Source: Burkholderiales bacterium
GTDB lineage: Bacteria > Pseudomonadota > Gammaproteobacteria > Burkholderiales > SG8-39
NCBI GenBank assembly: GCA_964202115.1
Contig: CAXNIK010000003.1
Location: 1 to 39,735, forward strand
Length of the DNA: 39,735 nt
Direction of reading: 5' to 3'
A program made the position numbers and the translations under genes. Shown in pieces: positions 1 through 8,189 of the stretch. The notes beneath the pieces were generated by a model. The model did not search any database. It was given only the letters and a program-made list of their open reading frames with translations, and had not been told where the DNA came from. Position 1 is the first letter of the stretch; each line of letters starts with the position of its first letter.

Positions 1-282
1 GAGGGCACCCATCCGCCCATCCATCCGGCGCAGGTCTTGCGCTTCGCACCCATCGGGTCTCGCAACCAGTATCTCGGCGACAACGCTGTTCACAGCGCGA
101 GCAAGGTGGTGGTGCGCAAAGTGCTCAGGGTCGGCGACACCGTGCGACTGCTGACCGTACCGGCGGAGAAATGGGAAAAAAAGAGAAACCACTGGGTGAC
201 TCTGTATTGCGCCGTTTTCAGGGATGGAGAAGTCTGCGCCGAGGTCTACCACACCCAAATATTCAAATTGCATGGCACCTAG
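1..282 (+). CDS. Partial (5'-truncated) hot-dog fold protein (MaoC/FAS1-like dehydratase or thioesterase), C-terminal part
   Basis: Frame 1 is open from base 1 to TAG 282. HSASKVVVRKVLRVGDTV...EKWEKKRNHWVTL...DGEVCAEVYHTQIF matches the beta-strand pattern of hot-dog domains. The stop overlaps the next gene start. Confidence 0.55.
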   Translation, partial: EGTHPPIHPAQVLRFAPIGSRNQYLGDNAVHSASKVVVRKVLRVGDTVRLLTVPAEKWEKKRNHWVTLYCAVFRDGEVCAEVYHTQIFKLHGT

Positions 283-2398
283 CAGCCCATCTTCTGCAGC
301 AGGCGGCTCTGGTTTTCATCGCCTGTTCAATCCGCGCGGAGTTGCGATCATCGGTGCCAGCGCCGAACCGCAGCGCCCGGGCGGAAACGCCGTTCGTTCG
401 CTAATCGACCGCGGATTCAAGGGCGGCGTCTATCCGGTCAATCCGAAGTATGAGGAATTGCATGGCATCCGCTGCTACGCTGCGGTTGCCGATATCAAGG
501 AGCCCTGCGACGTGGCCGTCATTGCCTTGCCAGCCCAGGCAGTCGGGGCTGCCATCGCTGAATGCGGCAGGCAGGGCATTGCTTTTGCCGTGGTGCTGGG
601 TGGCGGTTTCAGGGAAGCCGGACCGGAGGGCGTGGAGCGCGAAGCGGCGTTGCTGCGCACCGCAAAGGCGAGCGGCGTGCGTTTCATCGGTCCGAACTGT
701 CTGGGCTATGTGAATATCCCGCGCAATGTTTTCGCCGGTTTCGGCAGCATTACCCGCCCGCCCTTCCTCGAGCCCGGCCCGATATCGGCCGTCGTCCAGA
801 GCGGAGGATTCGGCAACAGCCTGGTGGCCGAATCCGCACTCGCCGGTCTGGGATTCCAGAATGTGGTCGCCAGCGGCAACGAAACCGACGTCAATGCCGC
901 CGAACTGATCCAGGCCTTCGTGGACGATCCCGGCACTCGCATCATTCTCGCTTATGTGGAAGGCGTGCCGGACGGACGCGCCTTCATGGCCGCAGCCCGC
1001 CATGCGCTGGAGGCGGGCAAGCCGCTGATCGTCCTCAAAGGAGGAAATTCCTGGCAGGGATTACGAGTGGCCGCCTCGCACACGGCCAGCATGACCGGCC
1101 AATACGACGCTTATCGCGCGGCCTTCAGGCAATGCGGGGTCATCGAAGTAAGGGACATTTCCGATGCCGTGGACATGCTGCTGTCGGTCGTGAGCCAGCG
1201 GCGCCCGATGGGCCGCAACATCGCCCTCATCGGCGGCTCGGGCGGGTCGGCCGTGAACTTCTCCGACGCGGCCGATGAATTCGGCCTGGTCCTTGCGCCA
1301 CTCGCTGCCCGGACCAAGGCAGTGCTCAGTGAGAACCTGCCCAGCATTGCTTACATCGACAACCCGGTGGATTACACGGCTGGCTTTCTCACTCCAGCCA
1401 ACATGGGCAGGCTCAAGCAGGCGCTGACAGCACTGGTGGATGATCCTGGTGTGGATCAGGTCGGACTGTTGCTCGGCACGGGTTCAGGTCCTTCGGTGGG
1501 GGATTTTGCTCGTGTTGCCCGGGAAGTGCTGCAAAACTCGGGCAAGCCCATCGGCGCCGCCGCTTCGGCGGCCATGCCCGCGGCAAACCGCAACCTGTTC
1601 AATGCCGGAGCGATACCGGTGGTGGGTTCACCCCGCCGTCTGGCGGCGTCCATGGCCAGACTGGCGGACTATGCCGATGCTCTGCGGCGTCACGCAACGC
1701 GGGTGCCGCCGGAGGTATTGCAGGATGTGCACCCCCCGCGCAGCGGCAGGCTGGATGAACACGAGGCCAAGCAATTGCTGGCGAGTTACGGAATCGCCAT
1801 CACGCGCGACCTGCTGATCAGGAGCGATGACCTCGATCGCGTCCATGTGGACCTTCGCTTTCCGGTTGCGGTGAAAGTGGTTTCGCCCGACATCGCTCAC
1901 AAGACGGACGTCGGCGGCGTGCAGCTCAATGTTGCGGATCGTGCCAGCCTGGTGAAAGCCGGCCATGAAGTCATGCAGAGTGCCAGGAGGGCAATGCCGC
2001 AGGCCGTGATCCAGGGCGTTCTGGCGTCTGAAATGATCGCCGACGCCCTCGAAGTCATCGTGGGTGTCGTGAACGACATTTCCTTCGGGCCTGTGGTGGC
2101 CGTGGGGCTGGGCGGGACCATGGCTGAAGTCATGCGTGACATCACATACCGGGTGGCTCCATTCGGACCGGAGGAGGCGCGGGAAATGATCGCAGAGCTG
2201 CGCGGCGTGGTGATGCTGTCGCAGTGGAGGGGAAGACCAGCGCGTGATGTGGAGGCCCTTGCCATGACCGTCAGCCGCGTATCGCAGCTTGCATGGGCGC
2301 TGCGCGATGCACTGGTTGAGATGGACATCAACCCGCTCCTGGTGAGAGCCGCGGGCGAGGGTGTCGTGGCCGCCGATGCGCTTGTCGTCCTGAAATGA
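272..2398 (+). CDS. Acetate-CoA ligase family (ADP-forming acyl-CoA synthetase, fused CoA-binding/ligase/ATP-grasp)
   Basis: LFNPRGVAIIGAS, YPVNPK, IGPNCLG, QSG, phospho-His motif AASHTA, NPVD, C-terminal ATP-grasp (FPVAVKVVSPDIAHKTDVGGV, EMDINPL). ATG 272 is preferred over 224 because it overlaps the upstream stop. Confidence 0.9.
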   Translation: MAPSSPSSAAGGSGFHRLFNPRGVAIIGASAEPQRPGGNAVRSLIDRGFKGGVYPVNPKYEELHGIRCYAAVADIKEPCDVAVIALPAQAVGAAIAECGRQGIAFAVVLGGGFREAGPEGVEREAALLRTAKASGVRFIGPNCLGYVNIPRNVFAGFGSITRPPFLEPGPISAVVQSGGFGNSLVAESALAGLGFQNVVASGNETDVNAAELIQAFVDDPGTRIILAYVEGVPDGRAFMAAARHALEAGKPLIVLKGGNSWQGLRVAASHTASMTGQYDAYRAAFRQCGVIEVRDISDAVDMLLSVVSQRRPMGRNIALIGGSGGSAVNFSDAADEFGLVLAPLAARTKAVLSENLPSIAYIDNPVDYTAGFLTPANMGRLKQALTALVDDPGVDQVGLLLGTGSGPSVGDFARVAREVLQNSGKPIGAAASAAMPAANRNLFNAGAIPVVGSPRRLAASMARLADYADALRRHATRVPPEVLQDVHPPRSGRLDEHEAKQLLASYGIAITRDLLIRSDDLDRVHVDLRFPVAVKVVSPDIAHKTDVGGVQLNVADRASLVKAGHEVMQSARRAMPQAVIQGVLASEMIADALEVIVGVVNDISFGPVVAVGLGGTMAEVMRDITYRVAPFGPEEAREMIAELRGVVMLSQWRGRPARDVEALAMTVSRVSQLAWALRDALVEMDINPLLVRAAGEGVVAADALVVLK

Positions 2399-2527
2399 GA
2401 ACGGCGCCCACCTGATCCTGCTCTTGCCACCGCCTTCATCACCTGGGGGCTGCGCAAAACGCCATGGGTACCGGCCGGGGCTGTCTTCATCGCTGTTTTT
2501 CCAGCCATTCGAGCTTTGCAGGAGTTA

Positions 2528-2548
2528 TTGTTTTATATTACGAGACAA
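2528..2548. promoter_or_regulatory. Imperfect 21-bp palindrome TTGTTTTATATTACGAGACAA, candidate IclR/PcaR-type operator
   Basis: 7 of 10 arm positions pair around a central T. It sits in an AT-rich patch of a GC-rich intergenic region, upstream of the Bug remnant and the ACAD at 2893. Confidence 0.35.
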
Positions 2549-2689
2549 AAGTGGTGGCAATGGAAGCCGCACCAGGAACGCTTGACCCAGCATGGCGGAC
2601 GACGGTGATGTCGGTTCGCCGTTCAGGGGGATGCGATCATCCGCGACTCGCATGACAAGTCTTTGCCGATTTCCCGTGGGACAGGACCG

Positions 2690-2815
2690 ATGGAGGAACA
2701 GGCCGTGGTCATGGTGGGCGCCGGCCCGGCGGAATTCAGGCAGGTCATGCTGGCCGAGGTCGAACGCTGGCGCAAGGTGGTTCGCGATAACAACATCATC
2801 GCCGAGCAGGAATGA
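2690..2815 (+). pseudogene. 3' remnant of a Bug/TctC solute-binding protein gene
   Basis: Translates to MEEQAVVMVGAGPAEFRQVMLAEVERWRKVVRDNNIIAEQE*, the characteristic Bug C-terminus (compare LVASTPAEFRRHYLSETERWRKLAAETGI of 9223..10215). The in-frame upstream sequence is not Bug-like. Confidence 0.7.
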
Positions 2816-2892
2816 GTCTTGCGCACTCCAGCAGGCCGCAAATGGATTGGGTGATGTTCAGGCGCAGATAAGCAATTAATAAGGGAGGTCAA

Positions 2893-4035
2893 GTGGATTT
2901 CAAGCTAACTGAGCAGCAACAGATGATGGTCGCTTCGGTGCGAAGGCTCGCGGAAAAGGAATTCAAGCCGCATCTGGTGGAGTGGGACCAGGCACGAACT
3001 TTTCCCCGCAGGGAAGTGGCCAAGAAGCTGCGTGATCTGGGTGTGCTGGGCATGACCCTGCCCAAAGAGCATGGCGGCGCGGGCATGTCCTTTTTCGATT
3101 ACGTGCTCGCGGTCGAGCCGCTGGCCGAGGCTACCCAGGCCGCGGCGCTGGTGCTGGTGTCCTCGTGCGGGGGGCCGGTCAATCACCTGCTGGAATTCGG
3201 TTCGCCGGAAGTAAAGGCGAAGTATCTGCCGCTGCTCGCCTCGGGTGAAATGATGTGTGCCATCGCCATGACAGAATCCGAGGCCGGTTCCGACACCGGC
3301 GCCATGAAGACGCGCGCTACGGTCGAGGGCGACCAGGTCGTCATCAACGGCACCAAGCTGTACGTCGGAGGCTCCGGTGCCTTCGAAATGATGGTGGCCT
3401 ATGTGCGCATGTCCGATGCCCCCGGCACCGAGGGAATAGGGAGCGTGCTTGTAACCAAGGAAGCGCCCGGACTCAAATACGGGCGCACCCAGGAGATGAT
3501 GGGCCTGCGCGCCGTGCCGCGCGCGGAGATCATCTTCGACAACTGTCGTGTGCCCAAGTCGCACATTCTGACCCAGCCGGGGCAGTTCAAGAAGCTGATC
3601 GGCTCCTTCAACAGCGAGCGCATACACAACGCCATGTTCTGTGTGGGGCAGGGCCAGGCGGCCCTCGACGAAGCACTGGCCTACGCGCGCATGCGCAAGC
3701 AGTTTGGCCGCAGAATCGGCGACTTTCAGGGCATACGCTGGAAATTCGCCGACATGGGCATGCGCCTCCAGGCGGCGCGGCTTCTTGTCTACCATGCCGC
3801 GGCCAAGTTCTCCGACGGAGAGGACGCGGCGCTTGAAGCCTCGATGGCAAAGACATTCGCTTCGGAAGCAGCCTTCGAGGCTGGCCATCAGGCCATGCAG
3901 ATATGCGGCGCCAACGGCTATGCTTCCGGAAGCCGCGTCGAGGTGCTGTTCCGCGACATACGCGGGCACATGCTGGGTGGTGGCAGCGTCGAAGCCGTGC
4001 GCAACTACATCGGCAAGCGCATGATTGACGGTTAG
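2893..4035 (+). CDS. Acyl-CoA dehydrogenase family protein (IVD/LCAD-type Glu position)
   Basis: MDFKLTEQQ start, AMTESEAGSD, RKQFGRRIGDFQGI, FNSERI, GANGY, RD..GHMLGGG. GTG start with AGGGAGG RBS. Confidence 0.92.
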   Translation: MDFKLTEQQQMMVASVRRLAEKEFKPHLVEWDQARTFPRREVAKKLRDLGVLGMTLPKEHGGAGMSFFDYVLAVEPLAEATQAAALVLVSSCGGPVNHLLEFGSPEVKAKYLPLLASGEMMCAIAMTESEAGSDTGAMKTRATVEGDQVVINGTKLYVGGSGAFEMMVAYVRMSDAPGTEGIGSVLVTKEAPGLKYGRTQEMMGLRAVPRAEIIFDNCRVPKSHILTQPGQFKKLIGSFNSERIHNAMFCVGQGQAALDEALAYARMRKQFGRRIGDFQGIRWKFADMGMRLQAARLLVYHAAAKFSDGEDAALEASMAKTFASEAAFEAGHQAMQICGANGYASGSRVEVLFRDIRGHMLGGGSVEAVRNYIGKRMIDG

Positions 4036-4215
4036 ATATCCTGCGGCATTTGCGGTCTCTTCTTGCCCGGCAGGTCGCGTCCCCCGGACTACTCCTCTTC
4101 GGTGGTGTTGACCGTGGTCAGGATCGCGGCAAGGGCGCAGCCCTGATGTCTTTCGCCGCCAACTCACGCGTGGTCCGCACGCCGGGTTGTGCTGACCACC
4201 GCACTTGCCGGACCG

Positions 4216-5199
4216 TCAGCGTTCGCCCTTGATGCCGGCCTCGCGAATCAGCTTGGTCAATTTCTTGATTTCGACATCGACATAAGTGGCCATCTGCTCC
4301 GGGGACTGCGGGTCGATATCCACCCCGGCTTTGAACAGCCGGTCCTTGATGTCCGCGCTGGAGATGCTCTTGTTGAGGGCGGTGTTGAGGCGCGCGATAA
4401 CCGGCCTGGGCGTTGCAGCGGGCGCCGCCAGGCCGTTCCAGAGCAGCAGTTCGTACCCCGGCACCGTTTCGGCGATGGCGGGGACGTCGGGCATCTGCGG
4501 CGAGCGTTTGAGTGAGGAGATGCCCAGGGCCTTCAACTTGCCGGCCCGGATCAGCGACACCAGCGAGATCGGCCCCGCCAGGGACAACTGGACCACGCCC
4601 TTCATGGTGTCGGTATTGGCCTGTGCGGTTCCCTTGTAGGCAACATGGACGAGCTGGATGTCGGCCATGGAGCTCAGCAGCGCACCGCCGAGGTGGGCCG
4701 TGGAGGCCACCCCGGTGGAGGAGTAGTGGATGGTGTCCGGCTTGGCCTTGGCCAGGGCTATGAGCTCCTTGATGTTATTCGGGGCGAATCCTGCGGCGGC
4801 CACGATCAGCTGGGGCGTTGAGCCCACTATCCCCACCGGAGCGAAGTCCTTGATCGAGTCGTAGGGCAAATCGTTGTACACCACGGCATTGACCGTGAAG
4901 GTCAGGCCAACCGCGAGCAGCGTGTGGCCATCAGGATTGGCTCGCGCAACCAGTTGGGTGGCGGGTATCTGCCGGCCACCCGGCTGGTTATCCACATAGA
5001 CCGACTGTCCCAGCTCGCGCGCAAGGCCTTCGGCGGCCACGCGGGCCACGAGATCCGAATTGCCACCCGCGGCATTGGCCACCACCACGCGGATCGTCTT
5101 GGTCGGAAACGTCTGCGCCTGAACAGGGAGTGCGGCAAAGGCACAGGCGAGCATGCCCAGGCGTATCGCGGCGGCAGTCCCAGATGACAATGTATTCAA
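4216..5199 (-). CDS. Bug/TctC tripartite tricarboxylate transporter substrate-binding protein
   Basis: Signal peptide ending VQAQ, FPTKTIRVVV..AGG..D, PDGHTLL, LPYDSIKDF, HVAYKG, WNG..APAATP. TTG start at 5199 after AAGGAGGA. Confidence 0.93.
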   Translation of the reverse strand: MNTLSSGTAAAIRLGMLACAFAALPVQAQTFPTKTIRVVVANAAGGNSDLVARVAAEGLARELGQSVYVDNQPGGRQIPATQLVARANPDGHTLLAVGLTFTVNAVVYNDLPYDSIKDFAPVGIVGSTPQLIVAAAGFAPNNIKELIALAKAKPDTIHYSSTGVASTAHLGGALLSSMADIQLVHVAYKGTAQANTDTMKGVVQLSLAGPISLVSLIRAGKLKALGISSLKRSPQMPDVPAIAETVPGYELLLWNGLAAPAATPRPVIARLNTALNKSISSADIKDRLFKAGVDIDPQSPEQMATYVDVEIKKLTKLIREAGIKGER

Positions 5200-5258
5200 C
5201 GTTCCTCCTTGTATTGGGTTGGTGAGTCTGTGGCACTGCGATTGCGTGGATTGCGCGC

Positions 5259-6170
5259 TCAGCGCTTGCGCATGTACTTGACAATGCGCCGTCCCTTGCT
5301 GCCGCCGCCGTTCAGCGGCTGCGCGAAATAAATATTGCCCTGCGAGTCGCCGCTCACGCTGTGGCAGCTGCGGCAATTGGGTGATCCCCAGCGCGCGAGC
5401 AGCTCGCCGTCCAGTGTCAGCACACTGAAATTCCCGCTGTTGTGCTCGGGCATGTACACGATGTCGTCAGCGTCGACCCAGAAGGCCGCGCCGCCGATCA
5501 GCCTGGTGGGCCATACACCGATGTATTGGCCTTCCTGGCTGAAAAGCTGCACGCGGTCGTTCTCACGGTCCGCCACCAGAACCCGGCCGCGGCTGTCCAC
5601 CCACACGTCATGCGGCAGCATGAATTGTCCCGGGCCGCTGCCGGGCTCACCCCAGGAGTGAAGGTGCCGACCGTCCGAGGAGAAGTGATGCACCCGGCAG
5701 TTGGCATAGCCGTCGGAGATGAACAGATCACCCGACTTGAGCACGGCGATGCCGGTGGGAAGATTGAACGGGCCGCCCGCATGCGTGACCTGCTTGTAGG
5801 CCGTGCTGCTGAATGTGCCGTCGGCACCGGTGTCGGAGCGATAACCTCTGGTGCCTACGGTCTGCAGCAGTCTGCCGTCGGGGGTGAACTTGAACACCTG
5901 CCCGTGATCCCGGTCGATGATCCAGATGTTGTCCTCATGGTCGGCGTGAATGTCGTGCGGGAACCTGAACAGCCCTTCTCCCCATGAACCCAGAAAATTG
6001 CCGTTCCGGTCAAAGACGATGACCGGATGCTCGCCGCGGCAGAAGCCGTACACGCGGTCCTGCGAATCCACAGTTACCGAAGACATCGATGCGCTCCATC
6101 CTTCGGGCACCTTGGCCCAGTCTTCGATGACTTCGAAAGTGTGTCTGCCGCTGCCAACGGTTTCGCGCAT
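5259..6170 (-). CDS. NHL-repeat beta-propeller, peptidyl-alpha-hydroxyglycine alpha-amidating lyase (PAL)-like protein
   Basis: NHL repeats with PAL motifs FCRG, FPHDI, SDGYANCRV, LPHDV, ADRENDRVQ, CHSV. No signal peptide. Confidence 0.85.
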   Translation of the reverse strand: MRETVGSGRHTFEVIEDWAKVPEGWSASMSSVTVDSQDRVYGFCRGEHPVIVFDRNGNFLGSWGEGLFRFPHDIHADHEDNIWIIDRDHGQVFKFTPDGRLLQTVGTRGYRSDTGADGTFSSTAYKQVTHAGGPFNLPTGIAVLKSGDLFISDGYANCRVHHFSSDGRHLHSWGEPGSGPGQFMLPHDVWVDSRGRVLVADRENDRVQLFSQEGQYIGVWPTRLIGGAAFWVDADDIVYMPEHNSGNFSVLTLDGELLARWGSPNCRSCHSVSGDSQGNIYFAQPLNGGGSKGRRIVKYMRKR

Positions 6171-6195
6171 GAGAGTTCCTCGTTTGATGTTGAAG

Positions 6196-7179
6196 TCAGC
6201 GCTCGCCCTTGATTCCTGCCTCGCGAATCACCCTGGTCAGTTTCTTCATTTCGACATCGATGTAGGTGGCCATCTGCTCCGGAGACTGCGGGTCGATGTC
6301 CACTCCGGCCTTGGACAGCTTGTCCTTCATGTCCGGACTGGAGATGCCCTTGTTGAGGGCGGCATTGAGGCGCGCGATGACGGGCCTGGGCGTTGCGGCG
6401 GGGGCCTCAATGCCATTCCACAGGATGTACTCGTATCCGGGCACCGTTTCTGCGATGGTGGGAACGTCCGGCAATTGCGACGAGCGTTTGGAAGAGGTAA
6501 TGCCCAGTGCCTTCATCTTGCCGCTCTTGATCAGCCCCACCAGCGAGATCGGCGCCGCTATGGTCAGCTGGATCACGCCTTTCAAGGCATCGGTATTGGC
6601 CTGCGCGGTTCCCTTGTAGGCGACGTGCACGAGCTTGATCCCGGCCATGGAGTTCAGCAGCTCGCCACCGAGGTGACCCGTGGAGGCCACCCCGGTGGAG
6701 GAGTAGTGGATGGTGTCCGGCTGGGCCTTGGCCATGGCAATGAGCTCCTTGATGCTGCTGGCGGCAAAACCGGGAGCAGACGCTATGAGCTGGGGTGTCG
6801 AGCCGACCACGCCCACCGGAGCGAAGTCCTTGATCGAATCGTAGGGCAGATCGTTGTACAGCACGGCATTGATGGTGAATACGAGGCCGACCCCGAGCAG
6901 CGTGTAGCCATCCGGATTGGCCCGCGCCACGAGATTCGTGCCGGGTATCTGCCGGCCACCGGCCAGATTTTCCACATACACCGCCTGACCGAGCTCGCGC
7001 GACATGCCTTCTGCGGCCAGACGGGAGACCAGATCGGCATTGCCACCGGCGGCGTTGGCCACCACCAGGCGGATAGGCTTGCTGGGAAAGGTTTGCGCCT
7101 GGACGGGCAGGGCTGCCATGGCACAGGCGAGCGTGCCCAGGCATATCGCGGCTGCAGCTCTGGATGAGAATGGTTTCAT
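6196..7179 (-). CDS. Bug/TctC solute-binding protein, close paralog of 4216..5199
   Basis: Same motifs and same length (984 nt). About 80% amino acid identity by manual alignment of the mature part. ATG 7179 after GGAGGA. Confidence 0.93.
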   Translation of the reverse strand: MKPFSSRAAAAICLGTLACAMAALPVQAQTFPSKPIRLVVANAAGGNADLVSRLAAEGMSRELGQAVYVENLAGGRQIPGTNLVARANPDGYTLLGVGLVFTINAVLYNDLPYDSIKDFAPVGVVGSTPQLIASAPGFAASSIKELIAMAKAQPDTIHYSSTGVASTGHLGGELLNSMAGIKLVHVAYKGTAQANTDALKGVIQLTIAAPISLVGLIKSGKMKALGITSSKRSSQLPDVPTIAETVPGYEYILWNGIEAPAATPRPVIARLNAALNKGISSPDMKDKLSKAGVDIDPQSPEQMATYIDVEMKKLTRVIREAGIKGER

Positions 7180-7229
7180 TGTTCCTCCTGGGAAGCCGTG
7201 CTTGAATAAAGTTTCGCCCCGGTCGGGGA

Positions 7230-8126
7230 TCATTGAAAGTGGTAGACAAAGGCTTCTGTAGTGTTGCGGGCCTTGGTCACGTCGTCGTAGGGGTTACCGG
7301 TGGGAGCAGTACCGCGCAGCGTGATCTTGTCAAGGTGACGAAGTTCGTTGCGTCGGTCGTAGTCGCCGATGGCATTGTGGTTGGTGGAACGCTGGTCCCA
7401 GAGGATGATGTCGTCCTTCTGCCAGACATGCCGATAGACGAATTGCGGTCGCTGGGCATGCAGGCGCAGGTAGTTGAGCAGCGGTTCGCTCTCCTCCATG
7501 GTCATGCCGGCCAGCAGCCTCACCTTGTCGCCGATGCACAGCAACTTGCGGCCGGTTTCCGGGTGTACCGCAATCAGGCGGTGGGCGGTTGTCTTGGCCT
7601 TGCGGGTGGCTTCCAGGCGCTCGGGTGAGGAATGGTCGAGCTCGCTTTCCTGCTCCATGTGCACCGCCTCGACATCCTCGAGCATCTTCTTCATGCCCGG
7701 GGACAGGGTGTCGTAGGCCAGATGCAGGTTGGCGAACTGCGTGTCGCCTCCCACCTCGGGCAACTGCATGGCCCTCAGCATGGTGATGATGATGGGTGTG
7801 GGCGTGTACGACATGTCCGAATGCCAGTCCGAGCCATTGAAGTTGCTCAGCAGCGGCCCGCTCTTCTGCGGCCTGGCGATCAGCGCCTTGATCTCCGGAT
7901 AGTCCGGCAGGTTGCCGGGCTGGTCGTCGCGCAGCTTGCCAAAGCGCCTGCCGAAGGTGACGTACTGCTCACGGGTGAGCGGTATGCCGCGGAACAGCAG
8001 CGCGCAATGCTCGACCAGCGCCTTGCGAATGGCGGCGAAGTCCTCGTCGCTGAGCGGCCTGGTGATATCGACACCGGTCACTTCGGCGCCCATTGCGTAG
8101 GACACCCTGCGTAGTTTCATGCTCAT
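7230..8126 (-). CDS. TauD/TfdA family Fe(II)/2-oxoglutarate-dependent dioxygenase
   Basis: GAEVTGVDI, WHSD (HxD), GGDTQFAN, HPETGRK, WQKDDIILWDQRSTNH (distal His), RHLDKITL. Confidence 0.92.
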   Translation of the reverse strand: MSMKLRRVSYAMGAEVTGVDITRPLSDEDFAAIRKALVEHCALLFRGIPLTREQYVTFGRRFGKLRDDQPGNLPDYPEIKALIARPQKSGPLLSNFNGSDWHSDMSYTPTPIIITMLRAMQLPEVGGDTQFANLHLAYDTLSPGMKKMLEDVEAVHMEQESELDHSSPERLEATRKAKTTAHRLIAVHPETGRKLLCIGDKVRLLAGMTMEESEPLLNYLRLHAQRPQFVYRHVWQKDDIILWDQRSTNHNAIGDYDRRNELRHLDKITLRGTAPTGNPYDDVTKARNTTEAFVYHFQ

Positions 8127-8189
8127 GTCGATTCCTTGTCTGAGACTGCTGTCGTGGATGACATCCCGCCGCGGACAGGCCTGTCGTTA

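Noticed and set aside
4036-4215. Gap between convergent genes with a short coding-like stretch on the minus strand (..AILTTVNTTEEE*)
   Set aside because: Too short to assign, and no clear terminator hairpin with a U-tract.
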